Positions 1 to 11,133 of a stretch of DNA of 64,000 nt are shown here, piece after piece. Below the pieces are notes generated by a model. That model made no database searches. It was given only the letters and a program-made list of their open reading frames with translations, and had not been told where the DNA came from. This DNA is from Nostoc sp. UHCC 0870 (GTDB lineage Bacteria > Cyanobacteriota > Cyanobacteriia > Cyanobacteriales > Nostocaceae). Where the stretch lies: contig NZ_CP091913.1 in the NCBI RefSeq assembly GCF_022063185.1, forward strand, positions 4,563,141-4,627,140, written 5' to 3'. The position numbers and the translations under genes are program-made. Numbering within the stretch: position 1 is the first letter of the stretch; each line of letters opens with the position of its first letter.

Positions 1-220
1 TCCCGCACCAGAAGAGCCTGTGGTACAACATTACCTACCGCCTCGTTCATCTAGTCCGACTTTGCCTATGCTAACTGTGAATAAGAAAAAACCACCTTAC
101 TAGGGAGTGGTATGAGCGGTAGCGCGGCGTTGAGCAGCGCAGGGAGTAGAGACGGGATAAATCACGTCTGATAAAAGCGTTGAGTTTTGATTTGTGTATT
201 TAATCTGGTGAGGAAAAACA

Positions 221-1276
221 GTGAGGAGTGAGGGAAAAGGTGGACTGTATTTTATTTTGGCATTCATAGCAGCGATCGCTCTGCCGATAAACCTCTGGCA
301 AGAGTTCAAAATTAATCCTGCTTATGCTAACCCAGTAGTTAATACCCCAGAAACAACAGGAGCATTTACCACTCCCCGCCTCCTTCACAGCCTCATGGCA
401 CATCGGGGAACGGTGAAATCTTTAGCCTTTAGTCCAGATGGTAAAACTCTGGCTAGTGGTGGGGCTTACAATGAGGGGATAATCCGTATGTGGAATCCCA
501 TCACAGGCAAAAAGGCGGGTAGTATTACGAAAGCTCAAAAAACGAGTGTGGAATCTTTAGTAATTTCCCCAGATGGGCAAACTTTAGTCAGTTGTGGTAG
601 TGACAACATTATTAACCTGTGGAATATTAAAAATAATAAATTTACACGTTCTTTTGTCGGACATAGTGCTAGTGTCTTGTCCTTAGCTGTATCTCCTGAT
701 AGTAAAGTTCTCGTTAGTGGAGCTTTAGATGGCATTCGGATGTGGGATTTGCTACAACAACGCCCACTAGCTACATTAGTACGGTTCGATAATACAATTC
801 ACACCCTAGCAATGAGTCCCGATGGTCAGTCTATAGCTAGTGGTGATAAAAGAGGTGTAATTAAGCTGTGGAATTTAAGCACTGGTAAGTTAATTAGGGC
901 ATTTGTCGCCCATACTGACACAGTTACAGATATTGCTTATACTCCTGATGGACAAAATTTAGTTAGTTCCAGCCGCGATCGCACTATCAAACTTTGGAAT
1001 CTTACTGATGAAAAACCAGTTTACAGCATCACCGGACACAACAATTGGGTAAATGCGATCGCTATTAACCCCGATGGACGAACTCTTGCTAGTGCGGGTA
1101 GAGATGGTATTAAATTGTGGAATTTGCCTACAGGTGAGTTATTAAATACACTAGTTGGACACAGTGATTGGGTAAGTGCGATCGCTTTTAGTCGTGATGG
1201 GCAAATGCTTGCTAGTGGCGGATTTGATGGGAATGTAAATATTTGGGGTAATCCATCAATTACCACCCGTAAGTAA
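221..1276 (+). CDS. WD40-repeat protein (about 7 WD repeats; motifs GH..W/V, S.DG..LASGG.D..I.LWN)
   Basis: Translation shows repeated WD40 units (LASGG, IKLWN, VSSSRDRTIKLWN). The ORF begins at GTG. Confidence 0.8.
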   Translation: MRSEGKGGLYFILAFIAAIALPINLWQEFKINPAYANPVVNTPETTGAFTTPRLLHSLMAHRGTVKSLAFSPDGKTLASGGAYNEGIIRMWNPITGKKAGSITKAQKTSVESLVISPDGQTLVSCGSDNIINLWNIKNNKFTRSFVGHSASVLSLAVSPDSKVLVSGALDGIRMWDLLQQRPLATLVRFDNTIHTLAMSPDGQSIASGDKRGVIKLWNLSTGKLIRAFVAHTDTVTDIAYTPDGQNLVSSSRDRTIKLWNLTDEKPVYSITGHNNWVNAIAINPDGRTLASAGRDGIKLWNLPTGELLNTLVGHSDWVSAIAFSRDGQMLASGGFDGNVNIWGNPSITTRK

Positions 1277-1338
1277 TACTAAGTAGGTCTACACCAAGCT
1301 GTGCGAACAAAAATCACAGCAAGACTGCGGTGTTAGTC

Positions 1339-1794
1339 TCACTTTTGTGATTCTTGAAGATACTTGAGGATTACCAGACAATTCCTCGCATCATCGCTGC
1401 GTTCATAAACAACACGATCAGCCAAACGTCGTAGCAGAAACCAACCATAGCCACCTACTTGTAGAGTACCTGGTGCTGGTTCTGCGATCGCATCTGGGTT
1501 AAAAGGCTTGCCATAATCCCAAATTCTAATTTCTAACCTATCAATCCATAGATTCACTTCAATTTCTATGGTCGTCTCTGGCGGTAACATATGGTGGGCG
1601 TGACGCACTGCATTTGTAAAGCCTTCTGCTAATGCTAAGTTGAGGCGATACAGTTGGGTTTCTGACCAGCCAAGTTGAAATAAGTGTTTTAGACAAAAGT
1701 CCTCAAACCATTGTTGTACTTGGTTTAAGAGCTTTAGTTCGCTTTTTACTTTTAGATGGTCTTGCTGCATAATGCCAAGCATTGACCGTGGCAT
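1339..1794 (-). CDS. anti-sigma regulatory factor-like Ser/Thr kinase (HATPase_c-like, RsbW family)
   Basis: 151-aa product with an RsbW-like ATPase fold signature (EGFTNAVRHA..., GYGWFLLRRLADRV). The real start may be an internal Met. Confidence 0.5.
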   Translation of the reverse strand: MPRSMLGIMQQDHLKVKSELKLLNQVQQWFEDFCLKHLFQLGWSETQLYRLNLALAEGFTNAVRHAHHMLPPETTIEIEVNLWIDRLEIRIWDYGKPFNPDAIAEPAPGTLQVGGYGWFLLRRLADRVVYERSDDARNCLVILKYLQESQK

Positions 1795-2185
1795 GAATTT
1801 AATATGTACAAGAATGTCTTTAATCTATTGTTCTTCAATCTATTTTAAATTTTGAAATAACTTTTGGATTCAAAATAAAAAATTTAACTAGACAGAATTG
1901 GGAACAAATTAATTCAAAATTCTAAATTAAAGCATTCTTAGGGAATTGTAACTAGGGAAGCCGGGGGAGAAAAATTCCATGCCCAATTCCCAATTCCCTA
2001 TGCTCAATTCCCAATTCACTAAAATTGACGCTTGCTGATTGTTTTCAAAAGCACATATACCGAAGAACCGAACGACAGTTTTGTCGTAGACACCCAAGGG
2101 TGGCTTGTCATCAGACATCATAACTTCAGATATGCACTCTTGAAAACTACAAGCGTCAAAGAAGTTTTTGACGACTAGCTTTAGC

Positions 2186-2668
2186 TTAGAACAAGCCCAA
2201 TGTCAAGGATTTGTCTAGTGGTAAAGCAGCACCAATACCTAGCCATAGAGTCACCAGAGTTCCAAACAAGAAAACTGTGGTTGCTACTGGACGGCGGAAG
2301 GGGTTTTGGAATTTGTTGACGTTCTCAAGAAAGGGAACGAGGATTAAACCCAGAGGTACGGAAGCCATTGCTAGCACTCCCAACAATTTGTTAGGAAGCG
2401 ATCGCAAAATCTGGAATACTGGGTATAAATACCACTCTGGTAGAATTTCCAGTGGTGTGGCGAAAGGATTTGCTGGTTCACCTGTCATAGCAGGATCTAA
2501 GACAGCTAGAGCCACTATACAAGCAAATGAACCCATGATTACTATTGGGAATACATACAGTAGATCATTGGGCCAAGCTGGTTCACCGTAGTAGTTGTGA
2601 CCCATACCTTGGGCGAGTTTTGCTCTTAACTTTGGATCGCTCAGATCGGGTTTTTTTTGGATTGACAT
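2186..2668 (-). CDS. petD: cytochrome b6-f complex subunit IV
   Basis: Near-identity to canonical PetD across its length ([41 protein letters not shown]...[17 protein letters not shown]). Confidence 0.95.
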   Translation of the reverse strand: MSIQKKPDLSDPKLRAKLAQGMGHNYYGEPAWPNDLLYVFPIVIMGSFACIVALAVLDPAMTGEPANPFATPLEILPEWYLYPVFQILRSLPNKLLGVLAMASVPLGLILVPFLENVNKFQNPFRRPVATTVFLFGTLVTLWLGIGAALPLDKSLTLGLF

Positions 2669-2919
2669 ATTAGAAATGCGTTCTCCTGCGGAGTTTTAAG
2701 TTAAAGCTTTGATGGTAGCCATCAATATCATTCAGACAACCCTAAAGTTAAACTATCCCTGCTGCTGTGTTTTTGGGTAGCCAACCTTAAGTCTCAAATA
2801 CGAGCATTTACCGTGAGGGAAACTGTGAGCCATTAATTGCTGATTTCTCATCAGTTTAAACTAAATGACTCGCTCTTGTAACTGAGTGCTGTTGCCTGTT
2901 CGCATTGCGGCTGATGGAA

Positions 2920-3567
2920 TTACAAGGGGCCGGAAATACCTTGTTTACGGATCATCAAGAAGTGGAACAGCATGAAGACCGCAATTAACCAAGGCAATAC
3001 AAAGGTGTGCGCGCTGTAGTAACGTGTCAATGTTGCTTGACCGACACTAGAACCACCACGTAGTAGGTCGGAGATGAGTACGCCGACTACGGGAATTGCT
3101 TCTGGTACACCACTAACGATTTTCACAGCCCAGTAACCAACCTGATCCCAAGGCAGAGAATAACCTGTAACACCGAAGGAGACGGTGATCACAGCTAGGA
3201 TAACACCACTTACCCAGGTTAATTCGCGGGGCTTTTTAAAACCACCGGTCAGATACACGCGGAAGACGTGCAGAATCATCATTAACACCATCATGCTGGC
3301 AGACCAGCGATGGATGGAGCGAATTAGCCAACCGAAGTTCACCTCGTTCATGATGTACTGTACTGAGGAGTAAGCTTCAGCCACAGTTGGCTTGTAGTAG
3401 AACGTCATGGCGAAGCCAGTGGCGAACTGAATTAGGAAGCACACCAGGGTGATGCCACCTAGACAGTAAAAGATGTTGACGTGGGGAGGGACGTACTTGC
3501 TTGTGACATCTTCAGCTAACGCCTGAATTTCCAAGCGTTCCTCAAACCAGTCGTAAACGTTGGCCAT
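2920..3567 (-). CDS. petB: cytochrome b6
   Basis: Canonical PetB sequence ([41 protein letters not shown]...). It lies directly upstream of petD on the same strand, giving a petBD operon. Confidence 0.95.
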   Translation of the reverse strand: MANVYDWFEERLEIQALAEDVTSKYVPPHVNIFYCLGGITLVCFLIQFATGFAMTFYYKPTVAEAYSSVQYIMNEVNFGWLIRSIHRWSASMMVLMMILHVFRVYLTGGFKKPRELTWVSGVILAVITVSFGVTGYSLPWDQVGYWAVKIVSGVPEAIPVVGVLISDLLRGGSSVGQATLTRYYSAHTFVLPWLIAVFMLFHFLMIRKQGISGPL

Positions 3568-4344
3568 ACAATCTCAAGTTCCTAAAAATCGGTTGCGGTT
3601 GATTCAATCTCCCAATTAGCAGTTTTGGGATTTTCTTGTAAGAGGATTTTGTTCGTTTGCTTTAGCACTTTGATAGTGCTAAAAGTTTAGAAACTTAACA
3701 CTCTGTAAATATGGAATATATTACGTTCCCTTTGCAAGCCAACACTCTTAATGGTGGGTACAAAGTAGATTTTATCTTTTGTTGAGGTGGTTATTCACCA
3801 AAGTTCTCGCGCCGTGGAAGCCCCTGGCTTTAGACATGGGAGTAAGGCGCAGGCGAATTTACTCGCCGTCACATTATCGCCTTGAGGTTGCTCATTCGGT
3901 GTACCTTTGTTTTGTACTTTCAACGGGACAGTTACCGTTTCAAATTTGACAAAGAAGAGTACGCATAATGTTTTGCTCCAAAGAGCCTCCCTTACGGGGT
4001 AATGTGAGCTTCGACAATGTTAGAGGTCGGTAACTTCCAAACGACACTGGTTTAACCCCGTTAAGCCTGTTTAATCGTTCAGTTCTAGAGCAAGGAACTA
4101 GCTACGCATTCCTTGGTAGGTCTTTAACTCTTGCCTCTAACGTAGTTCAGTTAAGAACTTAGTCTGGTCAGATTAGGGCTTTTTTCAGCCCCCGCTTTTA
4201 GGCGTGGGGTTTCTGACATGGGTTCTCTAACAACTTGATGAGAACAATGCACCACTTCTATAAAAAAAGTAACATAATCGAGAGATAGATTTCATCAACG
4301 ACGTGGTGATTGGGCAATTATAGGCAATTTGGGTTGAGGCGGAA

Positions 4345-5586
4345 TTGATCATGGGGTTCATGCACAAACAGGTTTTTCGGCTCGGATTTTCACTATTGGT
4401 GGCTTTTGGTTTAGTGTTTGGCGCACTTATCCAACCAGCAAACGCATTGACGGAGGAACAAAAATTAGTTTCAGAAGTTTGGCGAATTGTCAATCGTTCT
4501 TATCTGGACGATACATTTAATCATCAAAACTGGGCAGCAGTGAGACAAAAGGCATTAGCAAAGCCTTTTAAAGACCAAACAGCAGCGTATGTGGCCATTC
4601 AAAATATGCTCAAGAGCCTTGATGACCCTTTTACTAGGTTTTTAGACCCTGAGCAATACCGCAGTTTGCAGGTTAATACTTCTGGAGAACTAACTGGAGT
4701 AGGTTTACAAATTGCCCTCAATGCCCAAACTGGGAAGTTGGAGGTGGTATCGCCCATAGAAGGTTCACCAGCCGATAAAGCGGGAATTCAACCGCGCGAT
4801 CGCATTATCAAAATTGAAGGCATTTCTACAGAAAATTTGACTCTAGATGAAGCCGCCGCCAGGATGCGCGGGCCGATTGGTAGTTTAGTCACGCTATTAA
4901 TTGAACGAGATGGAGATGGCGAAAAGGAAATCAGAGTCATGCGCGATCGCATTGCTCTTAATCCAGTTGTGGCGGAATTACGCTCGTCCCCTGAAGGTAC
5001 ATCTATTGGCTATCTGCGCCTCACACAATTTAATGCCAACGCCTCTACAGAGTTGGCACACGCCATTTCTAGTCTAGAAAAAAAAGGCGCAGATGCCTAT
5101 ATTTTAGATTTACGAAATAATCCCGGTGGCTTACTACAAGCCGGCATTGAAATAGCCCGTCTGTGGTTAGATTCAGGCACTATAGTTTACACCGTCAACC
5201 GCCAAGGTGTTGAAGGCAATTTTGAAGCCTTTGGCCCAGCTTTGACAGACGATCCTTTAGTAATTCTAGTCAATCAGGGAACTGCCAGTGCCAGCGAGAT
5301 TTTAGCCGGCGCACTCCAAGACAACGATCGCGCCAAGTTGGTAGGTGAAACTACCTTTGGCAAAGGTTTAATTCAATCTTTATTTGCACTTTCTGATGGT
5401 TCTGGTTTGGCGGTGACAATCGCCAAGTATGAAACTCCTACCCATCGAGATATTAATAAATTAGGCATTACACCAGATCAGGTGATTTCCCAACCACCTC
5501 TCCAGCGTAACCAGATTGGTACAGAGTCAGATTTGCAATATCAAGCAGCTGTGGAATTGTTGCAGAAAAGGGGTGTAGGGGTGTAG
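4345..5586 (+). CDS. ctpA: carboxyl-terminal processing protease (S41 family)
   Basis: Signal/TM N-terminus, a PDZ region (GVGLQIA...IEGSPADKAGIQPRDRIIKIEG) and an S41 catalytic region (NPGGLLQ...GTASASEILAGALQDN...ETTFGKG). Confidence 0.85.
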   Translation: MIMGFMHKQVFRLGFSLLVAFGLVFGALIQPANALTEEQKLVSEVWRIVNRSYLDDTFNHQNWAAVRQKALAKPFKDQTAAYVAIQNMLKSLDDPFTRFLDPEQYRSLQVNTSGELTGVGLQIALNAQTGKLEVVSPIEGSPADKAGIQPRDRIIKIEGISTENLTLDEAAARMRGPIGSLVTLLIERDGDGEKEIRVMRDRIALNPVVAELRSSPEGTSIGYLRLTQFNANASTELAHAISSLEKKGADAYILDLRNNPGGLLQAGIEIARLWLDSGTIVYTVNRQGVEGNFEAFGPALTDDPLVILVNQGTASASEILAGALQDNDRAKLVGETTFGKGLIQSLFALSDGSGLAVTIAKYETPTHRDINKLGITPDQVISQPPLQRNQIGTESDLQYQAAVELLQKRGVGV

Positions 5587-5712
5587 AGGTGTAGGGGTGT
5601 AGGGGTGTAGGGGTGTAGGGGTGTAGGGGTGTAGGGGTTTAGGGGTTTAGGGGTTTAGGGGTGTAGGGGTTTAGGGGTTTAGGGGTTTAGGGGTGTAGGG
5701 GTGGAGAATTAA
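5568..5712. repeat. tandem heptanucleotide array (GGGGTGT / GGGGTTT units, about 20 copies)
   Basis: Direct reading shows gtgtagggg and gtttagggg repeated in tandem immediately after the ctpA stop. Confidence 0.9.
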
Positions 5713-5755
5713 ATACAGTCAACAGTTATCACGTGACTGATAAATGCCCTAGACC

Positions 5756-6430
5756 CTACAACAAGGTTTGTAAATCAATTGATGCCAGCCGTTGATAAGC
5801 TTGGGCTATAACTCGCTGTCCTCGCAAAAATCCGGTGTTCGCACCAGGACAAATATAGTGAAGTGTTTCGGGTGTGAAGAGTTCTAATAGTGCTTGTAGG
5901 CTTTTAATTTGTCGTGGCCAGTGAAATGTTTTTGCGGTTCGCAATGGTACGGGTTCGCCTTGTAGGTTGGGGAGTAAATGGCGGCCTGAAAACAGCACGC
6001 CTCCCATATTGTTATAGTGTAAGCAAGATGAACCAGGAGAATGTCCTGGTGTCCAAATTAATTTGGTTGTAGCATCTAAAGTCAGTTCTTGATTAAAGGT
6101 AGTGACTGTTAAACCGGGTAATAAATAAGCTTCTTGCTCTTGAATTAGTACCTCACAAGTAAAATTTTGCTGAATTTCTGAGGTTTTAGCAATAGCACCT
6201 CGATGGGTGAGGAATAAGTATTTTACACCTCCGTGCGATCGCAAAAAATCTTGATTTGTTTGGTCTAATGATGGGGAATCTATGAGGATATTCCCATCCT
6301 TTCTTACAATGAAGTAAGAAGTACCCCCTAATGTGTCCCTATTTGGTGGAAAGGCAAAAATATTGTCTAAGACAACCCGTGGTGACTTAGTTGTAGAACT
6401 TGGTTGTTGAGGTAGGGGGAACATTAGCAA
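5756..6430 (-). CDS. MBL-fold metallo-hydrolase (degenerate His motif)
   Basis: 224-aa product with a beta-lactamase-fold signature (LFLTHRGAIA, WTPGHSPGSSCL). Confidence 0.5.
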   Translation of the reverse strand: MLMFPLPQQPSSTTKSPRVVLDNIFAFPPNRDTLGGTSYFIVRKDGNILIDSPSLDQTNQDFLRSHGGVKYLFLTHRGAIAKTSEIQQNFTCEVLIQEQEAYLLPGLTVTTFNQELTLDATTKLIWTPGHSPGSSCLHYNNMGGVLFSGRHLLPNLQGEPVPLRTAKTFHWPRQIKSLQALLELFTPETLHYICPGANTGFLRGQRVIAQAYQRLASIDLQTLL

Positions 6431-6626
6431 ATGTGGGGGTAATGGGTAGAGAGTAAGTATAAACGTGTAGAAGCTCGTAAAGCAGATTCTCGAAGAGATT
6501 AATCACGTCTGTACTAGGGAGTAGGGTATATTCAACAGGTAACAAGCTGAGACAATAATAGTTCTTGCTTTTTACTTTTGCCTTCTTCAACTAGCAGGGC
6601 ATTTTTTCCAAATTACTGAAGAGCAA

Positions 6627-8105
6627 ATGACATTTTGGTTTCTCCTCCTATTGGGATTGGCTACTTATCTAATGGTGCAGCGCAGTGTTGCTAACATCAC
6701 CCGCACACCAATTTGGTTGTTGTGGTTGGTATTAATGACACCAGCATTGTTATTGAGTGGTTGGACTTTGGCGTATGGAGTAAAACAACCTCCACCGCCA
6801 TCACTGATTATCTGGCCTGCAATCATCTGCCTTTTGTTATACTGGCTGTTGTTTCAGTGGGGACGGCAACCGCCGAGGGATACCCAAACCCAAGCCCAAA
6901 CCCCAGAATCACAATCGGCTATCCATCCTACCGCAGAACAAGTACCTGTGCGCCCCATTGAACCGACGGAAGAAACCCAATTGCGAAATTGTTTTCCCTG
7001 GTCTATTTACTACATCCAAAACATTGAGTATAGACCCCAGGCAATTATTTGTCGCGGTCAGTTGAGAACAACACCTATTCAAGCCTATCAGCAGATTAGA
7101 GCAAATATTGAATCACGATTTGGCGATCGCTTTTTGATCATTTTTCAAGAGGGTTTTAATAATAAACCCTTCTTTGTGCTAGTTCCGAACGCACAAGCCG
7201 TCAAAGAAGGAATTGTCAAGAAACCAGAAAAATTAACCCGCCCTGGACTAGCATTATTACTAGTGTTAGCCACTTTAGTCACTACTTCCTTGGTGGGGGT
7301 AAAAATGGCTGGTATCGATCCCAAAATCCTATCATCCAACCCAGCGATACTTTTGCAAGGTTTACCCTATGCTTTAGGTCTGATGACTATCTTGGGCATC
7401 CACGAACTTGGACACTATTTAACCGCTAGGTTTTACAAAATTCGCTCCACTCTGCCGTATTTTATCCCCATACCATTTTTCTTGGGAACTTTTGGGGCAT
7501 TCATCCAAATGCGGAGTCCCATTCCCAACCGTAAGGCTTTATTTGATGTGAGTATCGCCGGGCCGATAGCTGGATTTATCGCCACATTACCGTTAATTAT
7601 GTGGGGGTTGGTTCACTCAGAGATAGTTCCCTTGAATGAAAAAACAGGACTATTAAATCCTGATGCCCTCAATCCTAAATATTCCATTCTTTTAGCGATA
7701 CTATCCAAAATAGCTTTAGGCAGCGAATTAACCTCAAAATCAGCAATTGATTTACATCCTTTGGCTGTAGCTGGGTTTTTAGGACTAATTGTGACAGCTT
7801 TGAATCTCATGCCTGTAGGACAGCTAGATGGTGGTCATATTGTCCATGCCATGTTCGGACAACGTACTGCTATGCTGATTGGGCAAATTTCCCGTCTGTT
7901 GCTGCTAATGTTGTCTTTAATCCAGCCAGAATTCCTTGTGTGGGCAATTATTTTACTGTTCATCCCCTTGATTGATGAACCCGCCTTAAATGATGTCACT
8001 GAACTAGATAACAGACGCGACATCTTAGGCTTAATGGCAATTGCTTTGTTGGTGATTATTATATTGCCAATGCCACAGGCGATCGCTAATTTATTGCAAA
8101 TTTAG
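6627..8105 (+). CDS. site-2 protease family (M50) membrane metalloprotease
   Basis: Multi-TM protein carrying a HELGHY zinc motif and a downstream LDGG motif typical of S2P/M50. Confidence 0.8.
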   Translation: MTFWFLLLLGLATYLMVQRSVANITRTPIWLLWLVLMTPALLLSGWTLAYGVKQPPPPSLIIWPAIICLLLYWLLFQWGRQPPRDTQTQAQTPESQSAIHPTAEQVPVRPIEPTEETQLRNCFPWSIYYIQNIEYRPQAIICRGQLRTTPIQAYQQIRANIESRFGDRFLIIFQEGFNNKPFFVLVPNAQAVKEGIVKKPEKLTRPGLALLLVLATLVTTSLVGVKMAGIDPKILSSNPAILLQGLPYALGLMTILGIHELGHYLTARFYKIRSTLPYFIPIPFFLGTFGAFIQMRSPIPNRKALFDVSIAGPIAGFIATLPLIMWGLVHSEIVPLNEKTGLLNPDALNPKYSILLAILSKIALGSELTSKSAIDLHPLAVAGFLGLIVTALNLMPVGQLDGGHIVHAMFGQRTAMLIGQISRLLLLMLSLIQPEFLVWAIILLFIPLIDEPALNDVTELDNRRDILGLMAIALLVIIILPMPQAIANLLQI

Positions 8106-8118
8106 CAAAACTGAGTCA

Positions 8119-8290
8119 GTGCTGAGTAGTGAGTAGTGAGTGCTGAGTAGTGAGTAATGAGTAGGGAGTAATGAGTAGGGAGTAGGGAGTAATGAGTAGG
8201 GAGTAATGAGTAGGGAGTAATGAGTAGGGAGTAGGGAGTAATGAGTAGGGAGTAGGGAGTAGGGAGTAATGAGTAGTGAGTAGTGAGTAG
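8119..8290. repeat. tandem heptanucleotide array (TGAGTAG / TGAGTAA / GGAGTAG variants, about 24 copies)
   Basis: Direct reading of agtgagtagtgagtaatgagtagggagtaatgag... downstream of the S2P stop. Confidence 0.9.
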
Positions 8291-8385
8291 AAAATGCTCA
8301 GTATCAGTATTAGCTCTTTCAGTAAATATCCTGTCCTTTCTTAGCAGTCTTTTAACTCAGCAAGGGCTTATGCTCACGCTACACT

Positions 8386-8452
8386 AACAACACTCACAAC
8401 TCAGCACTCATAACTCAGCACTCAGCACTCAGCACTCATAACTCAGCACTCT
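8386..8452. repeat. tandem heptanucleotide array (ACTCAGC / ACTCATA), the reverse complement of the 8119-8290 array type
   Basis: ctcagcactcataactcagcactcagcact... The array is inverted relative to the upstream array, so a long imperfect hairpin is possible. Confidence 0.85.
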
Positions 8453-8453
8453 C

Positions 8454-9017
8454 TTAACTTGCTGAATTAGCAGCTTCAGAAGCTTTCTTTGCAGGCGCAG
8501 GAACACCCATGCGAATCTCAGAAGTAAAGGAAGCTAGACTCGAACCATCAAAATGCTTCAATACACTTACCCGCATCCGCAAATTGGGGCTGGCAAACCA
8601 CAGGCGTTCTTCAGAAGACATCGTTTCAGACTCTGTAATTAGGGTCAATGCTTCATCACTGCCCATTTTATACCGACCGGCTACAAGTGTTTTCTCTGCA
8701 TCACTCATTGCTCGCAGTAGTCTGCCTTCATTGGGGTTATCGTCATCCGGGACAGTCACTAATACAGTAGAGCTAGTGTGTTTTTTGTCGTTCAATCCCA
8801 TTATGCCGCTCCAGGTAACTTTTGTGCCAAAACAGGCAGCACTCGGAGAAATTTCATATTGTTGACACAGTTGGATAACTTCTGGGTGATCTGCTGTCAG
8901 TGTCTCAATAATCACCTCTGATTTGCCTTCTTCCGATTTCTTAAAAGCTAAATTGTGACTAGTACGATGGGAAAACCATTTACCTGCACTCAATTCCAAA
9001 AATTCTTCAATATTCAT
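8454..9017 (-). CDS. cpcS: phycobiliprotein lyase, CpcS/CpeS family
   Basis: The N-terminus [29 protein letters not shown]... and C-terminal ...[13 protein letters not shown]... match the conserved CpcS lipocalin-like lyase family. Length is 187 aa. Confidence 0.8.
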   Translation of the reverse strand: MNIEEFLELSAGKWFSHRTSHNLAFKKSEEGKSEVIIETLTADHPEVIQLCQQYEISPSAACFGTKVTWSGIMGLNDKKHTSSTVLVTVPDDDNPNEGRLLRAMSDAEKTLVAGRYKMGSDEALTLITESETMSSEERLWFASPNLRMRVSVLKHFDGSSLASFTSEIRMGVPAPAKKASEAANSAS

Positions 9018-9091
9018 AATGAAAATTACCCTGCATCAAAATCTGAAAAATCCTACTTATTATTATTAAAAAGCAGTTAGAGGTTTTAATA

Positions 9092-9772
9092 CTAGACTTG
9101 ATTATCTCTTTGCTCAAGTCGTGTGAGTGAAATCTTAGCTGCTTCTGCAACGTGGGGATGACTATCTTTTGCTAAATACTTGAGAGCTGATACACTCTTA
9201 TCTGTAGGCAGATTACCCAAGGATTCCGCCAGTCTTTGTCTGACCAACCAATCATCTGATTGAGCAAAGCGTAGCAGATTATCTACCGAATCGATATCTT
9301 GAATTTCTCCGAGAGCTGAGATTGCGGCTTGTTGTAAGACAACTTCTGGGCTATCTAAAGCTTGAATTAAGATTTTACTCGCCCGTGGATCTTTAAGATT
9401 ACCCAAGGAAACAGCCGCGCTAAAGCGTACTAACCAATCAGTATCTTCATAAAATGCTCGTGCTAGCACCTCAAAGGCTCTAGTGTCACCCAAATAGCCT
9501 AAAGCACCGGCCGCATCTGCACGCATACCATAATCTGGGTCATTTTCGAGAATTTTAGCCAAAATTGGATAACATTCTGTTGTTGGCTTGATGCCTAGGG
9601 CAAATATTGCCATCGATCGCAGCTGCAAAGATTCATCATCCAAGACCTTTTTGATTAGAGGTACAGCATCTTCAGCTGGTATATGCCGCAAATTGGCCAA
9701 GGCTACCATGCGATCGCGCAAATTCGGACTTTCTAACTGAGAGGAAATTTCCTGCAAGTGTGGAACAGTCAT
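9092..9772 (-). CDS. HEAT-repeat protein (PBS-lyase HEAT-like repeats; CpcE/NblB-like)
   Basis: Repeating motifs (VR..AA.ALG..GD, R..AA.ALG.L.D) typical of PBS-lyase HEAT repeats. The gene sits adjacent to cpcS. Confidence 0.6.
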   Translation of the reverse strand: MTVPHLQEISSQLESPNLRDRMVALANLRHIPAEDAVPLIKKVLDDESLQLRSMAIFALGIKPTTECYPILAKILENDPDYGMRADAAGALGYLGDTRAFEVLARAFYEDTDWLVRFSAAVSLGNLKDPRASKILIQALDSPEVVLQQAAISALGEIQDIDSVDNLLRFAQSDDWLVRQRLAESLGNLPTDKSVSALKYLAKDSHPHVAEAAKISLTRLEQRDNQV

Positions 9773-10044
9773 TTTTAATTATTAGCGCATTCTTAATCTA
9801 TCTTTACTTTACTTTACTGATGCTCTCATGTGGGGTTGGGGATTGGGGACTGGGGAAAAGGTAGAGAGTAACTCATGTCCCAATGACTAATGACTAATGA
9901 TTATGTATTTGACTTAGCACTCAGAATTAACAGTCAGTTGTTCCTCTGGTATGACGAGAAGACAGAATTGATTGGCGAAGGTAGAACGTAGTTTACAAAT
10001 ACAAACACCAAATCACTCGGTGTCCAAACCCCAGGAGAAGAACT

Positions 10045-10563
10045 ATGGTTCAACTAAGTGAACGCCCCGTTGCCAAAATCACCAACTTACAAGAAAAATT
10101 TATCTACGAAGTTGGTGCTATGTACGATGCGGAACAACGCTTTTGGGAAGCACAACAATTGATGTTGCAGTGTTGTCAAAATAGCCAGTTGAAGTCTTTG
10201 ATTGAGACTCATATTCGGGAAACAGAGCAACAGATTCAAAATTTAGAACAGGTGTTCAACACTTTGGGACAACAACCCAAGCGGATCACTTGTGATGCTG
10301 CGGCTGGTCTGGTCAGTGATGGTCAAAAATTTATGCTACTAGCTGCGGAAAGTCAGAAAGTTCTCTCGTTGGGACTGGCTGGATGTCAAGCTAAGGTCGA
10401 ACAATTAGAAATTGCTTGCTACCGTGGTTTAATTCAAGTTGCGGAACAGATGGGACAACAACAAGTTGTACAACTGCTACAACAAAACTTGCAGCAGGAA
10501 GAACAGACAGCTAAAAAAATAGAGCAGCAGATACCGCAATTACTTAAGGAGTGTAGGTCATAG
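10045..10563 (+). CDS. ferritin-like DUF892 (YciE/YciF family) protein
   Basis: 172-aa all-helical product with a DUF892-like N-terminus (EKFIYEVGAMYDAEQRFWEAQQLML...ETHIRETEQQI). Confidence 0.5.
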   Translation: MVQLSERPVAKITNLQEKFIYEVGAMYDAEQRFWEAQQLMLQCCQNSQLKSLIETHIRETEQQIQNLEQVFNTLGQQPKRITCDAAAGLVSDGQKFMLLAAESQKVLSLGLAGCQAKVEQLEIACYRGLIQVAEQMGQQQVVQLLQQNLQQEEQTAKKIEQQIPQLLKECRS

Positions 10564-11133
10564 AAGGGAACAGGTGACAGGTGACAGGGAAAATTAAGCC
10601 GCCTACTTAGGTTCAAGGCTTTCAATTTTACCCCTCTGTTTACCCTAACTTCTCGTATGGTTCAGAATAGTAGGTTAACCCGACAAAGCCTTAATCTTAT
10701 TGGGTTAACTTACATATATTCAAAATTTAGTTTATACAGTTTAAATGCGAAACGGCTTATAGTCTGCTCTCAGAGTACCCCGATGTATTGACAAAGGTTT
10801 ATTTATGCTTGATTACCGAACTTTTTGAACTTTGCGAATGTGATAATTTCTACTTAAGTTCTTGGTATTTTATCAAAAAAGTATCTAACCGAGTTCACGT
10901 ATACAGTGATATTACATAGAAAACTTATAAAATAGCTTCTTACATTCCAGCAATACAGATAATTTCACAGTTAATTAGATGAATATTTTACTATCTTCAA
11001 TTTATTAATTCAGTAATGACAAATATCTCTTAAGTAGTTAAACTTTATTTCATAAAGAGATTACCAAAAGGTAAAGAGCTGAAGTTGTAAGACACAAACT
11101 TTAAAAATAGGTTGAGAGTTCAGTATTTCACTT

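Noticed and set aside
100-403. Two small minus-strand ORFs (69 and 67 aa) at the window start
   Set aside because: They overlap the WD40 gene start region and each other. They have no domain signal and sit in a region with repeat-like motifs. They are treated as non-coding.
2211-2591. 126-aa plus-strand ORF inside petD
   Set aside because: It is antisense to a highly conserved petD reading frame and is an artefact of an open antisense frame. The same reasoning applies to antisense ORFs within petB, cpcS, zwf, tal, the flv genes, the flotillin gene and the sensor kinase.
5568-5712. Possible CRISPR array (regular short repeats)
   Set aside because: The unit is 7 nt with no unique spacers, unlike 25-50-nt CRISPR repeats separated by spacers. 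It is an STRR-type heptamer array. The same holds for all other tandem arrays in the window.
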